Assembly (NCBI GenBank): GCA_030770535.1
Contig: JASVEC010000021.1
Coordinates: 62,001 to 126,000, forward strand
Source: Batkoa obscura
Taxonomy: Eukaryota
Length of the DNA stretch: 64,000 bases
Direction: 5' to 3'
This document shows positions 13,660 to 26,163 of the stretch, piece after piece. Position 1 is the first letter of the stretch, and every line of letters begins with the position of its first letter. The translations under genes and the position numbers were made by a program. Below the pieces are notes generated by a model. That model was not told the DNA's origin. It searched no databases and worked only from the letters and a program-made list of their open reading frames with translations.

Positions 13660-13766
13660 ATATAGGGATGTATTTTTGTATTTAAAAGTTTTACTAACAA
13701 TCTTTCCACTTAAATAGTGCTTAAAAAATGGAAAAAATAATGAAGTCAAAAAAAACACTCCCATAT
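13660..13766 (+). mobile_element. ~105 bp MITE copy
   Basis: ATATAGGGATGT...ACACTCCCATAT. Confidence 0.88.
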
Positions 13767-14137
13767 GTTAATTACTGTTGGCAATCTATTCTTTAATTTC
13801 GTATTTTATATCTTTCATTAAATTAATTTTTTGTAGCTGTTGATATAATATAATAAATATTGCTATATAAATATTATACTAAAATATTTTAATTTCTTCA
13901 AAATAAAACAACTATTAACTTTATTTAAAATCAATAGATATACTGTTATTTATTATAATACCTATTAATTTTCATAATTAAATTCATAATTAAATTCATA
14001 ATGAATTTATTGACAAATATGATATTACATTTAGTTATACTGTTACCTATAGTACGCTTAATTTCTATTACTTTGTTTTAACATCTCTTCATACATTCAT
14101 TCAGTTATCATGTATAAAACCGATCATTACATTAAAG

Positions 14138-14242
14138 TATGGGGATGTTTTTTTGATTTCATTACTTTTTCCATTTTTTAAGCACTATTTAAGTGGAAAG
14201 ATTGTTAGTAAAATTGTTAAACAGAAAAATACATCTTCGTAT
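14138..14242 (-). mobile_element. ~105 bp MITE copy
   Basis: TATGGGGATGT...ACATCTTCGTAT. Confidence 0.88.
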
Positions 14243-15518
14243 ATTGAATCCAAATAAAAGTCAGCTTAAAATGGCATATTCATTTCAGTTATACTGTAAT
14301 TTACAATCAACTTAATTGATATCTACCTTCTTTTGATATCTCCTCTTACTTTTATTCGGTTACCATAAAGAGTAAATTTGATGTTCTATTAAAGCTCCAG
14401 TTGAATCAATATTAATTCAGTATTAAGTCAATGATAGATAACTTTGTAACTTATTTCAATATTACATTTGAAAATATTTGTGAGTTTTTTTGAAAACTTA
14501 TTTGATCAAGTCTTTACTAAATTATATAATATTAATAATAAGATGATTTGATATAAATTATTATATATTAAAATAATTTTTAAACTAAATATTAAATATT
14601 AAAATAATAATACAATATATAAAACAAAAAGAAGTTAAATTAAATTGCTAAAAATAGTAAGTTTAATTGAAAATTTCAAATTAGTAACCTTATTCATTGA
14701 TAATCAAAAGCTATTTAAATCTTTTAAGTCTGAGAAAGATAAGATTATTAAATTTATTTAAACGCATTTTTGACTATAAAAAAATGACATAAATATAACA
14801 TTAAATAGAGATTAAAATAATAGTTATAATAATAGTTATAATAATAGTTATAATAATAGTATAATATATAATTGAACTTCCAGTAATCTATTTCCAACTC
14901 ATTGAATTAAAATAAGAATTTAATTAATTTAAAAAATTTCATTTTTTTAAAATTAACGGATAAAATTTCAATAAAATATGAACATTTGATAATTAAAACT
15001 TATTTCTAGAACTTCAAGTTGATCTTTCAGTTTCCAACGAGTGAGAAATTTCAATTTTTAATTGAAATTGAAATTAAAAGGTTAAATGAAAAATTAGTTA
15101 ATAATACAGTTATAAATAATATTAACGGTATTATTATTATTATATTATAAATTAATTTTCAAACTCAGATTGATTATTAAGAGGAGTATTATTAGAAAAG
15201 ACTTCGGAAAAACTTGAAGTTTGAAATGTAAATATGAATTAAGAGGTAAAGTTTGAAGTTTATTTATTGCCGATGATTGGTCGGATAAAGTTAGAACCCA
15301 ATTTAATTTTAGTAATAAAAAAATTCAAAATTTAAAATGATCAACTTTGAAAAGTAAGAATAAATAAAATTCAACTTTAATTTATTATTATTATAAAATA
15401 TTCAATTTAATTTTCTTTATCTTTTAATCTTTTTTTATATATAATTTTCAATAATTTTTTCTCTATTATTTAGTATTATAGTTATTAATTAGAATATAAG
15501 TATTAAATTAAAATTAAT

Positions 15519-17008
15519 ATGTTATCATCTTATAAAATCAATTTAAAATCAATATTTGTAGATTTAACTGGAAAAAGAGAAATACAAACAAAATGGATGA
15601 ATGAACGAGTATTAAAATTAATAGTTATATTATCAACTCAATTTATTAAGTTAATAACGCCGGCTGCTTTTACTGTAGGTATTTATTTAATATTTAGTGG
15701 TGGCTTAAAAAATAATAGTACATTATTTATTGGCATTTGGTGTATATTAGAAATTTATTTTTATTTTTATTGTTGGATGTTATATAGTAAATTATCAAAT
15801 AATAATAATAATAATAATAATATAAATAATAATAAAAAGAAAGAAATAGAAATTCAAGAAAAGATAGAATTAGCAAATGAAATCATAGAACAAGGTCATT
15901 TTAATCCAGAAGTTATATCGAAGTGGTTTAACCCAATAACTGAAGATTTAGTAGGATACAAACAAGCTAAAGAATGGCTATCTTGGTTAATCTATGATAA
16001 GTTTATTAACAACTTAAAATCAAATGAAAACCAACAAATCAATAATTTAATTAAGAAGATTGAATTGCATTCTAATATTATATTTCCAAAATTCAACTAT
16101 AATAAATTAAGAAAGCCAATGTTGTTAACTTTAGATCCTGTTATTGTTCAACATAAACCCTTAATTTTTTATGCTGTAAGTTTTCATTTATTTCTATTAA
16201 TATATAACGATAATTTATTTTATATTAGGCAATTGCATTAATTCAGGCCATTGCAGCTAGTTTTCTAATGTTATTAGGATTCCAACCTAATCATTTACCT
16301 AATAGTAAATATACATATTGGATTTATGAGCCTGTAAATCAAGATATAAATTCAAGTCCAATATTTTTTGTTCATGGAATTGGAATCGGATTAGCTATGT
16401 ATATTAAAAAAATATACGATTTACAACAATGTTATCCTAATAGAAAAATTATATTACTAGAATTGTCTTATATTAGTATGACTCCAATAACACAAGTTAA
16501 TTCTATTGAAGATACAATTAGTGCTTTAGATGATATTATTAAGTTACATAATTTATCCCCTTGTTCTTTTATTGGACATTCTTATGGTACTATTGTATGT
16601 GGTTGGTTTTTAAAATATCGTAGTAAATATGTTAAGAAATTAACTTTAATTGATCCAGTATGTTTTGCTGTATGGAACTCTGATTTAACTCGTAATTTCA
16701 TGTATAGTACAAGTAATTCATTTATTCATCAAATGTGTCAATTTTTTGTATCAAGAGATTTATTTATTGGTAATACCATTGGTAGAAACTTCTTTTGGCA
16801 TAAAAACTTATTATTACCTAAGAATATTAATAAGCCAACTACTGTTTATTTATCAAAATATGATTTTATTATTCATGCTCCTGATATCTTTAGTTATCTC
16901 AAACTACATCAAAATCAAAATTTTAAAGTAGCTATGATTGATGAATTAACCCATGGTGCTTATCTTATGTCCCGTACTCATTCTGATGCCATATTAAAAG
17001 ATATTTAA
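15519..17008 (+). CDS. Membrane-anchored alpha/beta-hydrolase, copy 2
   Basis: Exons 15519-16175 and 16229-17008. Motifs FVHGIGIG, GHSYG, LIDPVCF, SKYDF, THG. Same intron position as the other copies. Confidence 0.88.
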
Positions 17009-17395
17009 TTATCTTAAAATTTTATTATTACTATCTTTAGTTCTATTTTTAGTTCTATTTTTAGTTCTATCTTTAGTTCTATCTTTAGTTTTATCTCTAT
17101 CTTCTCTAATATTATAATACAATGTTAATGTTTTTAAAAAAAAAAGATAAACCTTTATTTTTTGTTATATTAAATTAATAAATAAAATAGTTGATATATT
17201 AAATATTATTTTATTATTGTTTTATTATTGTTTTATTCTTTTATTATTTTTTTTAGCCACATTTTGTTCTTATTTAATTGGTTACTCTATTTTAAATGTT
17301 GATTTTAATTCGTTAAGTATTTAAAATATTTCATCATAACAATAAAACTTTTTAAGTCAATTTCTTTTTTATTATAGGTTCTAATAACTAATAAA

Positions 17396-19471
17396 ATGAG
17401 TAGTTTCAATAATTATAAAAAAAATAAAAAGGGTAAAAAAGATGATAAAGGAGTCTTAAGCAATTTAAAAGCACCTGTTAAGATCACTAAAAAGTTAATA
17501 AAAAAAGGGTATAACAAATTAGACCTCTCAAGTAGTAATGAGGTAGCTTCACCTGTTGGTGTTAGTAAATTAAGAGCTAATAACGCTGTTCGTGCCAGTT
17601 TGATTTCTTCTCCTAATTCTAATCCTTCACTATCAAGGATGTCAACATCTAATGCTAAAAGACCTTCGAATTTAAGATTTCAACAAGGAGCTGGTAGTCA
17701 AGTGATTCAAAGTAATAATATTCGTATTAATCAATTACAAATTGATACAGAACCATTTTTTGAAGAGGAATTTAATCCACAAGAATGTGAGTTTTATTTA
17801 TTTTATTTATTTATTTATTTATTATTTTCAATAGATTTAGAAACTTTATTAGAAGGAGAACAATGGAATAATTTAAAAAGTTTTTATACTTTATTACAAG
17901 AAACATCTGAAAAAAGTAGTTTAAATTTACAATCCCATGTTTATAGAAACTATAAAGAATTTGTTAATATTTCTAAAGAAATATCTCAATTAGAAACTGG
18001 TATGTTTGAATTAAGAGATTTAATTAATGAATTACAATCTATTGGTAATTCTTTATCTAACAATTCAATTGGTTTAACTTGTAATGATGGTAATGATATT
18101 TATTTATTAATAAACTTATGTAAAATTAACAATAAGTTAGGTCTAAAGAAAAACAATAATGGACAAGCAGAAGGAGATAATACTAATGGAGGGCAAGAAA
18201 GTCTAGATGAAACTAATCGTAAAGAACTAGCTAAATTATGGAAAGCAGTACAAGGAGCTCAAGATTATTTACCTTATATTGAAGATCGACGACCATTATT
18301 AGAAAGTCCAGGATGGAAAGAATTAGATCATTCCAATTTTCGATTTAAAAGAAATGCCCATTTTTTTTTATTGACAGATAGTTTATTAGTAGCCACAAGA
18401 GCCAAAAGACAAACAATTATTGATATTAAAGCAGGTAGTGGTACAAAAATGGGATTAATGGCACGATGTTGTGTTAAATTTTCGGATATGACTTTAGGGG
18501 ATATTAAAGATTCTAATGAGGTTAAAGATGCGTTTAAAATTATACAAAAAAATGAAATTTATGTATTTTGTGCGCGTAATAAAGAAGAAAAAAAGAAATT
18601 TTTAAGAGGGGTGGCTCGAGCTACAGCAGATTATTTTCGACAAATGCATCAAAAAGCATTATTAGAAACGAGTAAAAAAGTAGGTGAAAGTTTAGAATTG
18701 GCGGATACAAAAACAATCAATTCCTTAATTAAAACGGGTAATTCTAATAATAAATCTGTACTAACTTCCGATTTTTGGGATTCTTTAGATATTGCTATTG
18801 CTCAACATAGTTATAAAGAAGCAGTGGATTTAATCTTAGAAGCTAAACAAGCTTTAAAATCAGCTTCAAAAACAATTACTAAAAATTGTAATGATATTCA
18901 AGATTTGAAACAAAGGATACAATCTTTAACAATAATTTTAGAAAAAAGAGCAAGAGTAGCACAAGATAAATCAAGTTTAAAAAAAAGTATATCCCCTATG
19001 ATTGAATTAGGTTTAATAGCTGAAGCACAACAATCTTTCTTTGATGCCCGTCACAACCATATAAAATTAAGAACTCGACAATTACCTTTAGATGGTTCCA
19101 CATATCAATATATAGCTTCGTTATCTAAATTAACATTCTCAATGATATGTACTACATGTCGTTGGCATAGTGAATTATTTTTAGAAAGATCTGTCACATC
19201 TAGATTAATTTCATGGGTAAGAAAAGAAATCATTCATTTTGGTAAACTATTTAAAAGTCAAGTATTCTCAATACCACCACCATCAGAAAGTATAATTCAA
19301 ACTTGTAAACAAGTAACGGAAAGTAATGCTCAAATTTTACATACAGTGGGATTAGATTTAAACTTTCAATTAAATCAATTACTCGCCCCTGATCAATTTG
19401 GAGATAATGAAGATTACGGTAAGGAGAATACTTTGGACTATAACTTTGGAGCTGTCATGGATGTAGCTTAA
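17396..19471 (+). CDS. EXO84: Exocyst component Exo84
   Basis: Vps51/Exo84-type N-terminal motif LQSHVYRNYKEFVNISKEISQLE, central PH domain (HFFLLTDSLLVA), Exo84_C helical region (LDIAIAQHSYKEAV ... GLDLNF). Probable introns 17787-17834 and 18090-18140. Confidence 0.9.
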   Translation: MSSFNNYKKNKKGKKDDKGVLSNLKAPVKITKKLIKKGYNKLDLSSSNEVASPVGVSKLRANNAVRASLISSPNSNPSLSRMSTSNAKRPSNLRFQQGAGSQVIQSNNIRINQLQIDTEPFFEEEFNPQECEFYLFYLFIYLLFSIDLETLLEGEQWNNLKSFYTLLQETSEKSSLNLQSHVYRNYKEFVNISKEISQLETGMFELRDLINELQSIGNSLSNNSIGLTCNDGNDIYLLINLCKINNKLGLKKNNNGQAEGDNTNGGQESLDETNRKELAKLWKAVQGAQDYLPYIEDRRPLLESPGWKELDHSNFRFKRNAHFFLLTDSLLVATRAKRQTIIDIKAGSGTKMGLMARCCVKFSDMTLGDIKDSNEVKDAFKIIQKNEIYVFCARNKEEKKKFLRGVARATADYFRQMHQKALLETSKKVGESLELADTKTINSLIKTGNSNNKSVLTSDFWDSLDIAIAQHSYKEAVDLILEAKQALKSASKTITKNCNDIQDLKQRIQSLTIILEKRARVAQDKSSLKKSISPMIELGLIAEAQQSFFDARHNHIKLRTRQLPLDGSTYQYIASLSKLTFSMICTTCRWHSELFLERSVTSRLISWVRKEIIHFGKLFKSQVFSIPPPSESIIQTCKQVTESNAQILHTVGLDLNFQLNQLLAPDQFGDNEDYGKENTLDYNFGAVMDVA

Positions 19472-19732
19472 TAGTTGATGCAAAAGAGAGATTAGTTTAT
19501 TTTTTAAGCTTAATATTTTAAATAATTATAATTTTTAAAGTAATTATTATAATTTGGATTTAATAAAGTATTATTAATTTATTTTGGTATGTTTTTTTAA
19601 TTTTTTATAGACTTAAAGGTTTAATATAATATTAATTTAAAAACAGGATGTTCAATTTTAAATTTATTTTATGACAATTGATAAAGTTTTAATATTATAA
19701 AATAAGAGAAATTTTTAGTAATTTCAAATATA

Positions 19733-19831
19733 TATAAGAATGTATTTTTTATAATAATCTTACTAACTTTCACTTAAGTAGTGTTTAAAAAATAGAGAAA
19801 TTGATGAAACCAGAAAAAACACTTTCACCTA
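19733..19831 (+). mobile_element. Degenerate MITE copy
   Basis: ATGTATTTTT...TTACTAAC..TTTCACTTAAGTAGTGTTTAAAAAATAG...GATGAAACCAGAAAAAACAC. Confidence 0.65.
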
Positions 19832-19842
19832 GAATTTCAATA

Positions 19843-19947
19843 ATATGAGGATGTATTTTTGTGTTTAAGAATTTTACTAACAAATTTTCGACTTAAGTAG
19901 CGCTTAAAAAATGGAAAAAATAATCAAGTCAAAAAAACACTCCCATA
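19843..19947 (+). mobile_element. ~105 bp MITE copy
   Basis: ATATGAGGATGT...ACACTCCCATA. Confidence 0.88.
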
Positions 19948-20282
19948 CGATAGTTTCAATTTTAGGCTAAAAATAAAATTTCAGGACTATAATTTTTTAA
20001 ATTTGGGTTTTTTAATTATCAAAAAAGGAAAAGTTTTAAGCTTCGAATTTTTATTATCCCCCTTAAAAATAGCCACCAAGCATTAAAACTTTGCTTAAAG
20101 ATACCCTGAAATTTTAACTCAATTGTTTATAGTCAAAAACTTTGTGTATAAAGATCTAGATGGGTTAGATAAAAAAATGAATAGTATATAAAGGTAACTA
20201 TAATTGATCTTACTCTTTATAAAAAAATTAACATTTCTATTTATTTCATCTTTCATTTAATTAAATACGCTATATAAAGATA

Positions 20283-20417
20283 ATGAAATTCATTACTGTA
20301 ACATTAGCCATTGTTGCCACCGTTTTTGCAGCTATCGAAATGATCGATGATCCAGTTTATAATCCTCAACTTAATTATGAAGTATTACCTACACCTATTG
20401 CATTAAAGGATTGTTAA
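20283..20417 (+). CDS. Small secreted peptide (44 aa), not in ORF track
   Basis: MKFITVTLAIVATVFAAIEMIDDPVYNPQLNYEVLPTPIALKDC*. Classic signal peptide. TATATAAA elements upstream (~20186, ~20271). Less AT-rich than the flanks. Confidence 0.65.
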   Translation: MKFITVTLAIVATVFAAIEMIDDPVYNPQLNYEVLPTPIALKDC

Positions 20418-20744
20418 AGAAAGTAAGGATTTAGTACATGATGAGGTTTGGTTATTAAGTTAATAATAATAAAATTAATAATTTGTATAAATTTCTATAT
20501 CTATTCAAAGTAAATTATAGTTAGTATAAAATAACGTTTTTATAATTTAAAAAATAAAAAAAGTAATAAAAAAGGAAGTGTCCTGTTTCTAATGAACTTT
20601 ATATTTATTGTATTAGTATTTAATAAAAAAAACAATAACAATAGATCATTAATAATTATTCTAACATTTAATTTTAAGGAAACAACATACAATTATTATA
20701 AATACTTTGATCTATTTTTTCATTCAAATAACTCTTATTCACCT

Positions 20745-21541
20745 TTAAACTCCCTTTAAAACAATATCTGAAAAAGTTTGACTTAAAAGATAAGCTCCAT
20801 GATTGCCGTCTAACATCATTACTTTCAATTTATTGTCAAATTCTGGACTTTTTTTAAGATAAGTTAATACATTATTACTATTAATAATAAAATCTTCTTT
20901 TGCTAAAAATACATTCACTTTCAATCCCTTTATGTCTTGTAATAATAATAAATTTGGTAGCCATAAAAAATGTCTAGCAATTGTATTAGCAATAAATAAA
21001 TCTTTAGAGATAATTAAATCACAACATATTGAAATTAATGTAAATTGTTGATTATAAATAAAATTTCGAGTTAAATTAGAATCCCAAGTATTGAAACAAA
21101 CTGGATCAATTAATGTTAATTGCTGAATCTTTTGTTTACGATATTTAACTAGCCAAGAGCATATAAAAGTACCATAAGAATGTCCTATTAATGATATTTT
21201 TTGAATATTATGTAATTCACAAATATTATCTAAGAATTTCAATGTATCTTCAATTGTATTAATATGAATTGTTGGTGTCATTGTTATATAATTTAATTGT
21301 AATAATATAATCTTTCTATTAGGATAACATTGTTTTAATTCACTTATTTTTTTTAAATAAGTAGTTAATCCAATTCCAATTCCATGAATAAAAAATAATG
21401 TATCTTTTGTATTATCTAAATTATTAGGTTCATAAATATAATATGAATATTGAGTTTCACTATCATGATTATGTTGAAATCCATTAATAAGTAAATAAAT
21501 ACTACTAATTGTTTGAATAAGACAAATTATCTAATGTAAAA

Positions 21542-21580
<39 letters not shown>

Positions 21581-22246
21581 ACTTACAATATAAATTATTA
21601 AAGGTTTCAATAAAACATTCAATTTATCTAAAGTTAATCTCATAACTTTGCGACTCTCCTTTTGCTCATTTTGTTTATTTTGTTTATTTTGTTTATTTTG
21701 TTCATTTGATAATTTAATATTTGATAATAATTGAATCTTATCAGTTAATTGTTTAATATATTGATTTTCTTTATCAGATAAGTTTTGTATATAATTATCA
21801 TAAAACAACCAAGCTAAAAATTCATTACATTGTTCAATAGTAACTAATTCTTTAGTTATTGGATTAAACCAGCGTAATAAAGTATTAATATCTAAATTCT
21901 TATCTTCAATCCATATTTGAGCTAATTGACTTCGTTCTAATTCATTCATTCTATTATTATGTTTGTTGTTATCTATTTGATTATATAATATAGAGCAATA
22001 TATATAAAATAATATTTCTATTACATTATAAATGCTTAATATTAATTTAAAATTACTTGTTATACCACCAGTAAACATTATATAAATTAAACTCAATACA
22101 CATAATGGTACGTAAAGCTTTAAGAAAATAGTTATTGATAATTTAATAGTATATAATAGTAGAACATCAAAAGGGAAAGGTTTACTAATGGAAATGTTAT
22201 TAGGGAATAGAACATTGTTAATTCTCTTTGATAAAAATTGTGACAT
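20745..22246 (-). CDS. Membrane-anchored alpha/beta-hydrolase, copy 3
   Basis: Probable start MSQF at 22246. Exons 22246-21587 and 21530-20745. Motifs FIHGIGIG, GHSYG, LIDPVCF, NHG. Confidence 0.87.
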
Positions 22247-23356
22247 TATAATGATTATAGAAAAATTATAATTATTAAGCTTATTTATATTCAATTAGTT
22301 ATTTTATTTAATTTTTGAAACTTAATTTGTACTTTTTAGTTTTCTCTTTTGTTTATCTTTTTTACATATAAAAAATGACTTTCTTAAACCAATAGTTTTT
22401 TTCAACTATTTTTTTAAGGTCATATTTGATTCTTGTTTATGTAAATGATAAATTCATATCAAATTTAATTAAATTGAGTTTCATTTTGAATATTTAGAAT
22501 TTTATAGTATAAAATTCTAACAAAGGAGTGTATTGTATATTCATAAAATTTTAACATATAAGTTATTAAAATAATTCATTTTATTTAATTTTGAATTTTC
22601 CCAGCATATTTTAGAAATTCACTATGAAATTAAATTTATAAACTTCATAAGAAGTGCTAATATTAAAAAGTTTGAATATTACTTAATAACGTTAATATCA
22701 ACTTAATTTATACTACTTGAAAACTAATTAGTATAATGTATGCATTCGTTATAATGGAATTTAAACCTCTTTAGTAAATTAAATTTTTATATTATAAAGA
22801 AAAATCAAGATAATATTATAATAAAACTACTTAATAATATCACAAAAAAACACTAAACCAAACCAACTGGTAGGTAAGAAAGGTGAACTTTACATTCAAT
22901 TTTTTTATGTACATGTTTTGATAAAGAACAATCTTGCTTCTTAAAGTAGTTTCTCAATTTAAAAACTTTCTTTATCAAAAAAATTATGTTTTTTGCGTTA
23001 ATTTTTGCTTTCATAATATTAAAACATTCAACCTAGCTTTTATAAATTTCATACTAACATGAGCGGCCTTTTGGTAAGGGCAAACTTTAAGAGCTTAATA
23101 CTATTTTTAATAACATTTCCAAACAACATACTGAATATATAAAATACAAAGAATTAATGATACGATAATGATAATGATATTTCAATAGACATTTTCTATT
23201 ACGTAGAAATTTGCTAATAGTTTGTTTGGAAATGAATTGGTAAAAGTGATATCATTTTTAAAAATAAAAACAAACATAGTATAAAAGCCAGTAGTACTAT
23301 AACAAACAAATCATAAAACAAAAACAAATTATTAAATATCAAATTAAATATTAAAA

Positions 23357-23656
23357 ATGTCTGGAGGCCCATCAAAAATGTCTGGTAATGCTAACTCTAC
23401 CATTGGATCCATTAAAGAAAATGTAGGTTCTGCTCTTGGTAATCATTCTCTTGAATCTAAAGGTGCTGCTCAAAAAGCCGAAGGTAATGCTGAACATAAA
23501 GCTGCTCAAGCTAAAGGCTATGCTGAAGGTTCTAAAGACGGTGTAAAAGGAAGTGTTAAAGATACTGTTGGATCAGCTATTGGTAATGAGCAAATGCAAG
23601 CTGAAGGTAAAGCTTCTAAATTACAAGGTGATGCTAAAAAGGAAATGAACTCTTAA
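23357..23656 (+). CDS. CsbD-like / Hmp1-type protein, copy 3 (divergent N-terminal half)
   Basis: 99 aa with a few substitutions relative to copies 1/2/4 (MSGGPS..., QKAEGNAEH). TATAAAA at 23280-23286. Confidence 0.85.
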   Translation: MSGGPSKMSGNANSTIGSIKENVGSALGNHSLESKGAAQKAEGNAEHKAAQAKGYAEGSKDGVKGSVKDTVGSAIGNEQMQAEGKASKLQGDAKKEMNS

Positions 23657-23814
23657 TTATCTAATTTAATACGTTGTAAATAAAATTACGTTTTAATGTT
23701 AATTTAAGATCACAAGCTTTTAAAAATTTATATCTTTTATATTGTTTTGATAGTTATTTAATTGTCATATTAAAGTTATAATTTTTGATTTATGTTAGTG
23801 TTTAAAAATTAAAT

Positions 23815-23918
23815 ATACGTGGATGTATTCTTTCGTAAGAATTTTACTAATAATTTTTCTGCTCAAATAACAATTAAAAGATGGAAAAGTGATAAAACCA
23901 AAAAAAATGTACTCATGT
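23815..23918 (+). mobile_element. ~105 bp MITE copy
   Basis: ATACGTGGATGTATTC...AATGTACTCATGT. Same site as the copy at 29803. Confidence 0.8.
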
Positions 23919-24101
23919 TTTCGTGATCCACTGCAAATATTGAAATAAATTTTATAGTATGACAATATTAAAAATGGGTACTAATATCTAATTAATAGGA
24001 AAGTCTATTTTTTATACTAGAAAAATATTTATTTGAACAGCTAATTAATGGCCAAATACTAGGGAATTCGAAATAAATGCTTTTAGAACGTAAATTTTGG
24101 C

Positions 24102-24205
24102 ATATGGGGCTGTTTTTTTAGTTTCACTATTTTTCCATTTTTTAAGCGCTACTGAGCAGAAAGATTGTTAGTAAAATTCTTAAACAAAAAAATATATCCC
24201 CATAT
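24102..24205 (-). mobile_element. ~105 bp MITE copy
   Basis: ATATGGGGCTGT...ATATCCCCATAT. Confidence 0.9.
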
Positions 24206-24674
24206 ACTTCTGCCATATTCAAAATAACTGATACTCCTAAAATATAACTTACAAAAGTAAGAAATAAGGCAATCTTTAAATTGCTCTTCCAAAAACGTTA
24301 AAGTATGATTCCAATCGGATGGACTCTACTTCGAACGCTATTGAAAAAAATGGCTGTATTTGGTTAAACTGCTTATGAAGAAAAGAATATAATTGTATCT
24401 CTCCTAAAATTGGGCTTAAAAATTTCCTTAAATTATACTTCAAACGTTGAAAAAGTAAGCAAATGAAACTTTTATAAAGTTGTTTATAGTAAAAACAGAA
24501 ATATATTAAAAATCATTTAGTTTATTAACATTTATTAATTTCATTCATATTATATTAATACTCAACATTTAATAAACTAAAAAATCATTATCTATTATTT
24601 TAATACATACTTTTAAGAAGAAATCATTGATTATTATTATATTAAATAACTATTAATATACAATAATGCCTTAT

Positions 24675-26163
24675 TCAAATGCCTGCCATAACAGTATTAA
24701 AAAACTTTTGATTTCTAAGATAAATACCATGATTCCCATTTAGTATTGAAACTTTTAATTTGTTACCAAAGTGAGGACTCTTCTTGAGATAGCTTTCCAC
24801 ATTTCTACTATCAATAAGAAAATCGAACTCTGATAAAAAAACATTGACTTGTAAATCTTCCAAGTCCTCAATTAATAACATATTCTGTAACCATGAAAAA
24901 TTTCTAGCCATTGTATTAGCAATGAATAAATCTTTAGAGATAATTAAATCACATAAAATGGACTTTAAATTGAACTGATTATTATAAATGAAATTTCGAG
25001 TTACATTTGAGTCCCAAATAGAAAAACATACTGGATCAATTAATGTTAATTTACTTATTCTTTCTTTACAATGTTTCATTAACCAAGAACATATAAAAGT
25101 ACCATAAGAATGTCCTATTAATGAAATCTTTTGAATATTATGTCTTTCACAAATAACATTCATAAAGTTTAATGTATCTTCAATTGTATTGATATATACT
25201 GTTGGTCTTAATGTAATATATTTCAATTCTAACATTATAATTTTACGATTAGGATATGTTCTCTTTAATTCACATATTTTTTTGAGATAACCAAACCCTA
25301 TCCCTATTCCATTGATAAAAAATAATGTATCTTTTGTATTATCTAAGTTATTAGGCTCATAAATATAATAAGAGTATCTGCTTTTAGTATGGTGATTATA
25401 TTGGAAACCGTTGATAAACATGTACATCTTCATTATTGTTTGTAGTATGGAAACAAACTAAAATAAAGATTAGTTTATTATTAATAGAAAAATATTAAAT
25501 TACCAAATAAATTATTAAAGGTTTCAATAAAACATTCAATTTATCTAAAGTTAATCTCATAACTTTGCGACTCTCCTTTTGCTCATTTTGTTTATTTTGT
25601 TTATTTTGTTTATTTTGTTCATTTGATAATTTAATATTTGATAATAATTGAATCTTATCAGTTAATTGTTTAATATATTGATTTTCTTTATCAGATAAGT
25701 TTTGTATATAATTATCATAAAACAACCAAGCTAAAAATTCATTACATTGTTCAATAGTAACTAATTCTTTAGTTATTGGATTAAACCAGCGTAATAAAGT
25801 ATTAATATCTAAATTCTTATCTTCAATCCATATTTGAGCTAATTGACTTCGTTCTAATTCATTCATTCTATTATTATGTTTGTTGTTATCTATTTGATTA
25901 TATAATATAGAGCAATATATATAAAATAATATTTCTATAAAATAATAGAAACTTGTAAACAACCTTAAATTATTGCTTATACCACCAGTTAATAAGATAT
26001 AAAGTAAACTTATTGAGCAGAGTGGTACATAAAGTGTTAATAGGAAGGTTATGCATAGTTTGATTATATGTAAGGCCATAGGATACGAAGACAAAGATTT
26101 AGCAGTAGAAGGTTTACTAGAATATAACAAATTATTAACCACTTTTTGAAATAATTGAAACAT
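24675..26163 (-). CDS. Membrane-anchored alpha/beta-hydrolase, copy 4 (mosaic of copies 1 and 3)
   Basis: Exons 26163-25504 and 25457-24675. Motifs FINGIGIG, GHSYG, NHG. Confidence 0.88.
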
